A DNA stretch of 64,000 nt from Psammoneis japonica (Eukaryota): assembly GCA_008632985.1 (NCBI GenBank), contig QPGO01000092.1:248001-312000 (forward strand), written 5' to 3'. The notes beneath the pieces were generated by a model. That model had not been told where the DNA came from. It was given only the letters and a program-made list of their open reading frames with translations, and searched no databases. Below, piece after piece: positions 1 through 10,732 of the stretch. A program made the position numbers and the translations under genes. How positions within the stretch are numbered: position 1 is the stretch's first letter; every line of letters begins with the position of its first letter.

Positions 1-98
1 GTTACAAAGAACAGCGTGATTCATTCGTCACCATTCCAAGGATTGCGCCAAACTGCTTCATTCAGAACAAGACGCTGTTTCAAGATGCGCACAACGCA

Positions 99-2404
99 TT
101 GGAGAATGCCGGTTACACTCGCGCCCCGGACAAAAAGAGTTTGGAGACAGAAGACACCGAATCCAAGACAAGTGCATCAAAGATCAGTGGCTCTAGTTTC
201 AATCATGATGTGGAGAAGGGTGGCAGCTCTCCTGAAACTCGGCACAACAGTGGCAGCATCGGTTCCAGTGCCAGTGCAGACGACAACAAAGAAAATTTCG
301 CGTTGGACTCGTCATTTGACAACATGACCAGCTGCAAGAAGTCTAGCATCAAAATGGATGACAAGTGGATGAAAGACATGTTCAATCACAATCGAAAGTG
401 CGGTCATGATGCGAGCTTGGTGGCTAGAACTAATCTCTCATTCGGCTTGAAAGAAGTTTGGCGTTGCTCGTTTTGTCGGAAGGAAATGGTGTGGTGGCCG
501 GCGGAACAAGTGAAGCAACCATCAGGCCAACTTGTGTCAGAAGATTTGGTTCTTGTTGTGTTGGCTTCCATTGATGCTGGAGTCTCCAGAGAGAAACTGC
601 AGGAGCTTTGTGCAGGGTTTGGTGGGGTGTGCCCGCCGAAATCTGCAATCGACGAGCAATTCAAATGCATTGAGAAGGTTGGGCTAGCTGTGGTGAAGGA
701 ACAACTACTTCAGAATCGCAGAGAGCATGTGGAAGAAAGCAGGAAGCAGCGACATTGTGAGGGCGACTTTGAGTTTGCCAATCAAGACAGCAAGCATCAC
801 AGTTTCGCAACGGGACCGACAAACAATGATGGTGGCGGACCGATGCAATGGATCTGCCATCGAGTCAAAGGTGTGCTTCATTGCTTGGTCTGCATTGGCT
901 TGGTGACAGGCAAGCCACTTGCCACAATTGTAGATCAAATCAGCTGTGGTGCTTGTTCCCGTGTTGTCCCCATGTGTCTAAAAACCATCCTGAAAAGCAA
1001 CATGGCGACATTCGTCCCGGCGAGATTGATTTCTCGCATGATGGCTCGTGTTCTCGGAACTCGAAGTACGGCCCCGGGGTGGCAGAAGAGCATGCCAACG
1101 TCAAACTTGCAAGAGAGCTGCTGTTGGACGATGACGGTGCCTTCCGGTCCGATGATGTGGGCATTGTGCCCCGTGAGATAACTTCAGATGGGGACACAAG
1201 AAGCATCGTTGCATTTGTAAAAGAGCAGCGTGACATGGTCGGAGATGCTGCTGAGGGATTTTCGCAGCAGCTGCCTGATGGTGGGCACATGACAAAGATG
1301 GTGAAAGGCGGCTGCTTCACATTGGCATCAAAGAACCCTGAGTTCAAAAAGGGTCTTTCGACTCCACGGACAGAGGCCATTGTGTCAGATTATTCTCGAC
1401 GCATGTCCCTGCATCATCACGTGCTTCTGATTGTCGAGAATCGACAGCAACATGTCAGGCACAGCAAAGATGCACAAGAGACCATGGAACAAAAGTGCAA
1501 GAGACTTCTCTGGTTATTTTCATTCAAGCACCAGCAAGACAAGGCAAGAGAAAGATGCTTGAACGGCCTCCAGTCAATTGTTCCTCACCACTGTGGAGAC
1601 CATAGATTGTGCAATTTGCGCAACTGCAAGCACCTTCAAGCAGAGCGATGAGTTCATGTGAGAGCAGAACTAGACAAAGCTGCGCCCCTGGCAAAAGGCG
1701 ACTTCAACAAGCAGGTTTGGGAGCTCTGTCAAAAAGAGGCTCGGTTTCACGGAGCGACGATGAAGGTGTCCAACAAAGGAAAGAAAGTTCTGACTAAAGT
1801 TGTCACTTCAAGAGCAAATGAGTCCAACATTGATCGGGTTGCACGGCTGAGTGATGGAAATGGAGTCAAGAATTTTTTTGCCTTTGTGAACAAGTGGACG
1901 GAAGGAAAGTGGATGTGCTTTGGGCAATCGGACACATTCACATTTCTCTGTTGCTGTGTCGCAGCACGAGCTGGAAACAGAGAATTCACAACCAAGGTTT
2001 TGGAGGCCCTGGGATGCAGTGACTCGACCATTCGAAAGGCCCGTCGGAAAACCACATTTGGGAAAAAGGACAAAGATGCTGTGAGGTCCAAGTCAACAAG
2101 AACTAAGTTGCGGAGAGTGGCGAAGAAAAGAGTCAATGCGACTCATGACTCGAAGGACGTGCAGGATCCGAAGAGACACAAACCAAACAAACTGTCACTT
2201 GACAATGACTGTAGAACAAATGGGAAACAGAACAATGCACCAAAAAGACCTTGCATCCAATGTGGTGGGAAGCATTTTAAACGAGACTGTCCCAAGCCAA
2301 AATGCCCAGAACCACCACGAAAACGTGCCCGAGTGGCACCGAGAAAGAAGAAGAAGGGTGACGATTGGACAGAAGATGACACAGTTAGAATGTTTGGCAA
2401 TTAG
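99..2404 (+). mobile_element. Degenerate DDE transposase of Mutator-like/Kolobok type; frameshift near 960 and in-frame stop at 1649-1651
   Basis: ORFs 99..1181, 848..1651 and 1658..2404 join into one protein with CxxC (WRCSFC), DGGG...CIGLVTGKPL...CGAC, ITSDGDTRS, DGGHMTK, HHCGDHRLC and a C-terminal CCHC knuckle (CIQCGGKHFKRDC). Motifs recognised by eye. The region is TpA-depleted. Confidence 0.7.
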
Positions 2405-2555
2405 ACAGTCGATTGAGCATCAGCAATGTTTTGTATTTTACACGCACCCATTGCCAGAGACCCGAACCACAACACTCAGAACCACAATGCAAAAACGTGC
2501 CAGAGTGATGCTGCTGAGGAAGAAGCACAAAGTGACGATTGGACAGAAGACGACA
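2307..2555 (+). repeat. Diverged ~75-bp direct duplication at the 3' end of the transposase (2307-2381 and 2477-2555)
   Basis: cagaaccac...aaaacgtgcc.gagtg...gaagaag...gtgacgattggacagaaga occurs twice. Confidence 0.7.
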
Positions 2556-2628
2556 TGCCAACTGTGCCCACTGCCAGCTAGATGCAAGCATCTTCATGTC
2601 CTTTGTAGATGCCGCTTGGTTCTGGGAA

Positions 2629-3675
2629 TCATTTCCGGACGGCAGAGATGATGCAGCCCGGGAGCCTCACTCGATTGTTCGGCCCAACCACGTGAAACAC
2701 ATTTGTGGTGCACCAGTGACAAAGCAAAAATCGCTTTTCAGATGAAGTCATGTCGGGTGCTTCTTTGTCTGCCCATGGGTTGTCAAAAGCCAATTCTCTC
2801 ATGACAAGAGAATCTACACTCCACATCTCCAATGCGCACCCACTGCCATCCAAAAGGCTGGCACATGTGCAGATTTGATTAGAGTCAGCCTCTTTGTCAA
2901 CATCATTGCCATTTGTAGACTTCTCACTGTCAGAGCTGTCCATTGCTTGCTTTCTCACTTGCCTTGAGCTGTCTTCTGGGTGAGACATGCACTTCTTGTC
3001 TGCTGTTTCCAATCCGACAACTTCAAAATTTGAAGCCAGCAACACGACACGTCGGTCGGCAAGATCACTGAAGCTGAAACAAATTGGACCAAAATCCAGC
3101 AGCTTCAGCACAGAGCCACTCTGAATGAGAGAAGAGGAAGGATTGAGACAAGTGTTGAGTTTGATTGTCACAATGTCATCATTGCCGTCCAAAGCGTGGA
3201 GTGTCACTTTTGTAAAATTTTTCTTGTTGTGTCGTCGCTCAGTTCTCTTGTCCTTGATGGCAACTTTTACAACAGTGGGGGCAGGAGGTAAAGGTTCTCG
3301 AGCTGTCAAACATTTTGCAATGTCTTTGGTCAATTTGAAAGTCTCCGACCCGGCGTTGGATGGCAATTGCGCCGCTTCCGTGGGGCGCAATGGTGGATGC
3401 CGTTCAGGGTGATGAGACACGGTGTGCACGAACTGCCTCAGCCGTGCAAACTTGTCATTCAACCAGAGGGCAGATTCAGTCTCAATGGTTGTAAGAACCA
3501 TGTTTAAACGCTGCAGGAACTTCTGTGACTCCCCTTGTTCCCGCCGCTGCAGGCATGCCGTGTCATCGCCGGCATCATCATCACTTTCACAGAACCTGAC
3601 AAAATCATGGCAAACAAGTGGGTGAGTGTTTACATTCCAATGGACATAAAACAAGCACATCACAAACGACCACAT
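2629..3675 (-). pseudogene. Second, convergent transposon ORF with a KolX / P2X7-ballast-like C-terminal domain
   Basis: The C-terminus KRFLLCHWCTTNVFHVVGPNNRVRLPGCIISAVRK back-translates (C/H to Y) to the R..Y..Y...G...R..LP.C....R pattern of KolX-like domains. It lies tail-to-tail with the transposase. Confidence 0.5.
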
Positions 3676-3917
3676 GTGTCAAAAATGTAAAAACTCACGG
3701 GTGTGGATTTTTCGCTTTGTTGTCCTGAGCCGCCATGGTCAAAACCACGATGAAGTGTTGTGCTGTTCACTTTTTATTTTGATGCTTGCGAGGTCATTCT
3801 ATCTTGACATCATCCTCCAGCATTTTGCAACGAGAATTGGTCGCATGCAAGCACGTGCACACAAGTGCTGAGAGTTGGCCGGTTAGAAGGTCCATTCGGA
3901 ACCTCAGTGATTTTAAT

Positions 3918-3988
3918 GCAGAGCTCGCACGTAGAATTCTACGGGCCCAATGTCACACGGAGTCCCACCTGGAGGATTGGAACCCATC
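3918..3988 (-). repeat. Terminal sequence matching the left end of the GACGCGTTCCAG MITE family; probable terminus of the transposon at <1..3988
   Basis: Reverse complement of gagctcgcacgtagaattctacgggcccaatgtcacacggagtcccacc...ggaacccatc matches 30324-30390. Confidence 0.75.
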
Positions 3989-4953
3989 GGCTGCTGTGAT
4001 GTGGGCAAACCTCTTGGGACAAATGTGGGCCAAGCTGGATTTGGAAAAGCTCACTCTCATCAAGCCAACTCCTGTGGAAAGTCGAGAGCAAAAGTGAAAA
4101 CAAAAATGTGGCTGAAAATGTGACTGAGTCTAATTTTGCAATGAACAACAATTCCTGCTCTGCAAATGTGGACAAGCTTTCTGACATCAACAGCCATTGA
4201 AGTGGACACATCCATTTCCTTGTGTTGTGTCACCACTTGTTTGCTCTAGGAATCCGATGTTGTGGCTGCTGACCAACCCAATCTTCATCATTGCAAAAAT
4301 GATGTTCACAACTTGTTTGCAGTTACAGCACATCTTGACAATGAGAGATGCAGAGCTCCATGCAATTAATCTCTTTGGCAAACAGGTCGGAGACAAGGGC
4401 GCACAGTCCTTGGCAGCTGTGCAGAGTGATCCCATTGAGCCATGGCATCCATGTGTTTCTCGAAATGACATTGGTCCTGTTTTAATGCGGGCACTGTTTC
4501 ATAGATTGCCACTTGGTTGTTCGGCATGCAACGCAATGAACAATGTGTCCGAAATGTCACAGATGTTCGAGCAGTGCATAAAAAATCCAATCACTGTCCC
4601 CAAAACCAAAATGCATCTTTTCCTCTTTCCTTTACTTTCCACTGCCTTTCTCCCCATCTTCCTTGTCGAAGTAAAATGTGCCTAATCTGACAGAAATGAA
4701 ACATGCATGCGGTAAAAGCAGTTGCGCAAACAGTCCTGTGATTAATCTATTCTTTTTAATTTTAGCCGGCAAGACCATTGAGATGCGGGCAATCCTATGG
4801 AAGATGTGAATGCGGAGACAAAGCAGCCAGAATGCAGAGAAACAGTGAATGCACGGCAGCAGTATGGATGGGATGATAGCATGTAGGAGAACAGTTGTCA
4901 TGGTCTGGCATAAGAACACTCTATGAGGGAGGCATCTTGGAGGTTCTGCCTGT

Positions 4954-6147
4954 CTAAGCCTTGAGGAGACCCACAAGGCTCATCAGGGCACCACAGGCAA
5001 CTGCCTGCTCCTTGAAGGCAATAGAGATGCTTTCAGCACCCGAGGTTGATTCTTCCCGACCTGTTCCATCCAAATCAGAAGCAAGTGTTGTGGTGGTGGG
5101 AGTGGGCACGGTCGTCGGCTTCGGTTCTGCTGTTGTTGGCACTGGCACGGTGGGTTTGCTCGTCGTTGGTGGGGTGGTCAGCACAGTCGTTGGTTTGGAT
5201 GTAGGCTTGAGTGTAGGCTTGGTCGTTGGAGCTGGTTCGCCGTAGCACGCACCATTGCAGCTCTTCTTAGAACAAGGATTATCAGAGACAAAGTTGGAAC
5301 AGTCATAGGCAGCGACCGAATCGTCAGCAGTCTTACAAACATTACAGAAGTTGCATGTATCATCCGGATCATCTTCTCTGAAGATGTAGCATTCTCTGCA
5401 GCTACTAGTGTGAGTCATAAGGCAGCCACTGTAGAAGATGGTGAATCCAAGGGGCCATCCACTCTGAAAGCAGTTCCAATGCGCCACGCCGACGTTCCAA
5501 TAAACATGGCACTCAGGAAAAGCTAATCCTTCAACTTCTCCTCCGGGAGCATCTGAGGTCGTCGGCTTTGGTGTTTGGGGTGGCGTCGGATTCGGCGTTG
5601 GACCAGGGTCCCCGTAGCATACTCCGTTGCAGTTTCTCTTAGAACAAGCGTCATCGGAGATGAAGTTTGAACAGTCGTAAGATGCGACAGTGTCATCATG
5701 TTCATCACAGACACTACAGAAGTTGCACCTATCATTCCGATTGTCTCCTCTGTATATGTAGCATTCGTTGCAGCTAGAAGCCCACGGATAAATACAACCA
5801 TCGTACACAGTGGTGTAATCATTATAGGGCCAACCAATCTGACGACATTCCGTGTAACTCATGTACATATCCATGTCACAATCGAGAAGACGGCGGCGAG
5901 AAGAAACATCATGGTTTATCGCAGCCGCTTCAAGTGGAATTTCTTTCTTGTCGGTCCTCAGTTGAAGCTTCGAGGTGATGGGACTGGTCTTCTGAATCGA
6001 TTCGTCCAGTTTTTGCTGCTGCAAAGCCACTTCGCCGCCGAGCGAGCTTTCTTTCGCCTCATGGTGGTGCCCTATACTAGCAGGCTTGGAACTTGCTTTC
6101 GTCGTGCTGAATAGGAGGAAGGTAGTAAATACGATTGATAACTTCAT
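4954..6147 (-). CDS. Secreted, probably GPI-anchored cell-surface protein with two Cys-rich repeats and Pro/Thr-rich linkers
   Basis: Signal peptide MKLSIVFTTFLLFSTTKA from ATG 6147, RRRLL processing-like motif, duplicated domain (GC...SSC.ECYI.R....D.CNFC.VC...DD.VA.YDCSNF.SD..CSK..CNG.CYG), PT-rich stalk and hydrophobic C-terminus. Tyr and TpA content are normal. Confidence 0.85.
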   Translation of the reverse strand: MKLSIVFTTFLLFSTTKASSKPASIGHHHEAKESSLGGEVALQQQKLDESIQKTSPITSKLQLRTDKKEIPLEAAAINHDVSSRRRLLDCDMDMYMSYTECRQIGWPYNDYTTVYDGCIYPWASSCNECYIYRGDNRNDRCNFCSVCDEHDDTVASYDCSNFISDDACSKRNCNGVCYGDPGPTPNPTPPQTPKPTTSDAPGGEVEGLAFPECHVYWNVGVAHWNCFQSGWPLGFTIFYSGCLMTHTSSCRECYIFREDDPDDTCNFCNVCKTADDSVAAYDCSNFVSDNPCSKKSCNGACYGEPAPTTKPTLKPTSKPTTVLTTPPTTSKPTVPVPTTAEPKPTTVPTPTTTTLASDLDGTGREESTSGAESISIAFKEQAVACGALMSLVGLLKA

Positions 6148-6670
6148 GGTGTCATCTGTGTTCTTGTTTTTGTTTTTTACCATCTCTGTGTTCTTGTTTT
6201 TTTTTTTTTCCATTATTTCCACGACAGGAAAAATTTATGACTCCCAAGAACACGCGAAGCTGTATGAACAGTTGTAATCGTGACACAACCAATCGTGACA
6301 CCTTCTTCGACAGCGACACTTTCTACTTTTTATCAGGGTTCTGCTATGTTGCATGATGATTGCGATTTTGGTTGCAAATCGATTGCAAAAATTGATTGCA
6401 ATCAGACCGTTGCAATCGTCGATTGTTGGTCTTTACACAGGGCTCATGATGTTGCAATGTCAAAAAAAAAATGGACACGACAGCGGTTGGCTGGAGGTTG
6501 GAGATAGAGTTCATTGCGGATTGTTTTTGGCACAATACACTCAACAGGTACAGTGTGCCGGCCGGTGGGTAGGAGAGTCTTTCGAAAATGACCCTTCACG
6601 AAAACGCAAAAATTACTTATGGTTGTCTGTAGAATCTACACCTTTTTGCACACAATTGTTGCAAAAACAA

Positions 6671-6826
6671 TGGACTTTTGACTCCTTCTAACTGATCGGG
6701 CGTGTTGCTGCAAATGTGTTGATAAAAAATGCGCCTGATCAGTGAGGAGTCCTCCTAACTGATCGGGCGTGTTGCTGCAAATGTGTTGATGAAAAATGCG
6801 CCTGATCAGTGAGGAGTCAAGTCCAT
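6671..6826. repeat. Two tandem 67-bp units, each an imperfect hairpin, inside an outer inverted repeat
   Basis: ctaactgatcgggcgtgttgctgcaaatgtgttgat(a/g)aaaaatgcgcctgatcagtgaggagtc at 6688 and 6755. Inner arms actgatc.ggcg / cgcctgatcagt; outer arms tggactt / aagtcca. Confidence 0.85.
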
Positions 6827-6829
6827 TTT

Positions 6830-9800
6830 TCACGAAGACAAAACTGGCCAAGATGGTGCTCTGATTGGGGTTCGGGATGTCAACACCGCAGTGCATCCTG
6901 CATGGGAACCTGCAGAAATTATGAACCCACTTTCTGATGAGAACAGATGAGGCATGGAACATGCCAATGCTTCCATGGCTGCCAATGGTGCCAACCAAGA
7001 AGAGACATGTGAGATGAGTGCCGCTGCTCAGGCTGCTGCACTGCATTCCAGCAAGAGGCTTGCTGGAAGAAGCACCAGTCATTCTGTCTCATTCACCCCA
7101 GCTCCAACCACCCCAAGGACAAGAACAGAGCAGCCAAGCCAAGCCAGAGTTGCCACTTGCAGCTTGTGTTTGTTGACATCCACTGGCCACACACTTCGAG
7201 TGCTGCTGTTGCGTGCTGCAACTGCGGTGTGAACAGGCGCACTAAATTTTGAGATCAGGCCATTTTCAGTGCCACAATTGTGACCTGTGGGACAGGGAGA
7301 GAAGCATCTCCTTGGCAGCAAGGCAAACAGCAGCCAGAGGCATTGTTGTGAAGCCAATTTCATGTCATTGATTGGCCCCACCTCTAGAAGCTGTTGATGA
7401 AGTGCGCCAATCGTGCTGCCACAAATCTCATGTGATGACCCGCGATGCTGTTTCAACGCCAATGAACCACACAAACAAGGGTTGCCTAAAAAAAGAGAAA
7501 GAGGCTTTTGGAAGGAGAGATGGTGGCACAGGCAAGCCAACAAAATGATGATGATTGTGAGTCTTTTGAGGAAAAAGAAGAAGATGAATCTGAAGAAGAT
7601 GAGGGGAAGCATCAATCAACAAAGCAAGAGTTGTGTGCCTTTTTAGAAGAGTGGTTAAACCACCAACACAACAAGGTTGGTGTGAAGAGGACCAACACAA
7701 CAGCGGTGGATGCCACGTTCTCAGATGACTTCTGTGGCAGCACTCTCAAAACCCCCGTCATCAAGCTGTCTCGGAAATGGCTCAGGGAGAATGCACTCAC
7801 ACCCGCTGAACTTCTGAGAGCCATGGATCTTGCTGGATCCAAGCTGTTGTGCTCAGAAGTTGAGGTTCCTTTGGTTGGTAGAAAGTGGTGGCACCAGGCA
7901 TTTTCATGGTGTGATGCCATTGACCCCAGTGCTGATAGAATGCATGCTGCCACTGGTTCAAGTTGCATTTAGCTTTCACTGTCGCACATGCACTTGGCAT
8001 GTCAAATGACTTTGTGGGTGTGCCAACGCTGTTGTTGGAAAGCTGTGCATGCACCACTCCCGCATCAACATTCACCAATTTAACAGTGCATGTGTCACCC
8101 GCATGATCAAACTTGATGCCGGGTTGCAAGAGGGTTTCATGCTCCTGATTTGGCTGCTCCAAATTGTGATCATCACCATTGTTGGCTCCAAACAGATTCT
8201 GGTGGCACACAAGCATTTGCAACTGCACACTGGGGAAATCAGCTGTCCTGACAAACTTGCCAAGGATGAACAGGGCATGTTGCACCTCTGCCACTGTCTC
8301 TTGGTGATTGTGGAGAACATCAATGCCATGATGGGTTGCTCTTTTTTGAAACTCATTTTCCTCTTCTTCAGAGCCCGCAACATGATTGATGCCATCATTC
8401 AGCTTGAGGTGGGCGGTGGTGTGCCGACTTTGAGTTGGTGTTTCACATGCAATCCACCCACAGCAGACTCACCCAACAGCTCAGACAGGGTTGCCAACTG
8501 ATCCTCTGTTTCACAACACAAGCAGCAAAATGTCAAACTGGCAGCTGTTGCAATCTCTTTTGACATCCAGGCCAGGCAGCACCTTCTTCTCACAATGAAT
8601 TCTTGACACCACATCCCTGGAGTTTGTTGCATCAGCAGCATGTTGGATGAACTCAAAACTCAAGTGCTGCTGCCTGGCTTGACAGGATCATCCTGTGGAC
8701 TCTTGCCCACAGTTGAGGATTTGGACAAGTGCCTTCACGAGGTGCTTGGATCAACAAATGATGTCGAATGAGACACGAGCTCACATGGAAGGATTTGAAA
8801 AGCTCTCCTTTGATGTGAGCAATTTCATGCTCTGGTCCCTTGAGCCTGCATCAAAAAAGCCAGGTTTTTTACATCCCTTGCATCAAACACTCCTCCCGTC
8901 TGACTTGGCTGGTGCAGAATGCAAAAGACAAATCCACAATGCCACCCAAATGCTCCAGTCTGATTGGTGAACTTCAGGGATGTGTTGCTTCCCATGAGAC
9001 ATTGTCAATCAAATGCTTGGCAGTCTGCTTTGGATGGTGTCAGTCAAAGTGGGGTGGCAAAGATTGACTCTCATCAGCCCATTTGCTGCAATGTCAACTG
9101 CTCTGGTGCAGATGCAGTTGACATCGTTGATTTCATTTGCAAGTGCTGTGTGGCGCTGCAGTCTACAAAAACAAATTTACCTGTGTGGACATGCCAGCCC
9201 GCAAGGCAGCCAGTTGATCCTGATGCAAGAAGGGCAACTGAGATTTAGCTCAGCATGTCCCCACAATGCAAAACAATGCAGCACCATTGCTTCAAAGTGT
9301 GCTGCAGATTGCGAGGATGTCATTTGGAAAGACACCCAGAATTTTTGCACTGCACATGTTGCATGACAAGAAAGTGTTCAATGAAAACTTCTGTTGGCTC
9401 ACATTGGTGACAATTAAATTTAAACACTGCACTGGCCAAAACAACTCTGAGAGCCAAAAGATTGCTGTTAGAAGCAAATTTTGTGAGCATTTTTTTTATG
9501 TGTGGCAGTTCTGCATGGCATCACATGGAGGTCGTCAACCCAGTGCGTGGAGACAGACATCACAAGCAAGGTGCAACAATGGCGCAACAGTTGGCTGCAA
9601 TTTTGCAGCTCATTTTCCACCCCACACTCACTGAAGCATGATTTCCTGGTGTGATGAGATGTCCCACGAGCACGCGTGCATCATCAGAGTGTCTGGGGAA
9701 GGGAGGTTTGTTGCACCCCAAATGACGTCAGTGCTGGTGACAGCAAGAGTGCTCTGCACCAAGTGGCTGCCATGAGCAATGGTGCCTGCTGCAGCCAGCA

Positions 9801-10730
9801 CCATTGACTTGAAACAAAGGCTTCAACTGCCACAAGACCTGGCATTGCAAAGGCTCCAACCACTGCCAGCTTGACATCTGGTGGCACCCAAATGCTCCAG
9901 CCACCACCTGTGCCACCAGCACTGTGCCCCAAATGACTGCTGTCATGCAAAAATGACATGGCTGAGCCACTGCCTGCCCCCAACTCTGCCCTCATCCAGT
10001 TGCATGAAGGCTCCAACCACTGGCAGCACAAAGGCTCCAGCTGCTGCCAGCAGTGCCAGCAACAATGTGAGGGCTTCAACCACCATGAGTGACAGCAGTG
10101 CAGAGGGTGCATGTTTTCAGCTTGACAAGAGGAGCCATCATGCACTTGCTTCCACCATCAGCTGCTTTCTGCCAGCTGGAGACAGCACAAGGCATGTGGG
10201 CAAGCTGGGCGGTGGTGCTCATGCTCCACTTTCAGACATCAACTTTGGACAAAAGCCCAGCACCGTGACAACAACAACACTCCAAAAGATGTGGCACATT
10301 CAGTTTTCAAGTTTTTGCTCATGGGTTGGCAACTTGGGCCACACAAGATTTGCCCAAACAGCTGTCAACAAAACACATGTGTTGTGGTGTTGAGTTGCAC
10401 ATGTGCCACCAATTTGCTGCAACTTTCCAAAACATCCTCATGAAATGTTCTGAAAAGTTTTTGTCACACAACAAATTTTTAATTTTTGATTCTGTGTTTT
10501 TCTGGAGGCAGGTTCTGGCAAATCCATTGAAACTGCGTTGTGGGCTGGCCCACTTTGGAAAGTGCTTGAAATTCTTTTTCGTCATTGCATGTCTTTTGCA
10601 CAATGCGTGCAAGGAAATTGCAAAACAACGTTGGGATTTGTGCCAAAGCAACAAATGCACACATGTCTTGAATTTGCACTGAGCACTTCATCATGCATGC
10701 AGACCATAAATTCTGTTGTCTTAACACAAA
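6830..10730. repeat. Heavily decayed repeat or TE-derived sequence, unclassified
   Basis: Almost no TpA and few CpG. Only fragmented Cys/His-rich ORFs; no motif I can name. Confidence 0.45.
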
Positions 10731-10732
10731 AA

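Noticed and set aside
6688..6818. CRISPR-like palindromic repeats
   Set aside because: Only two abutting units with no spacers, no cas genes, and a eukaryotic context
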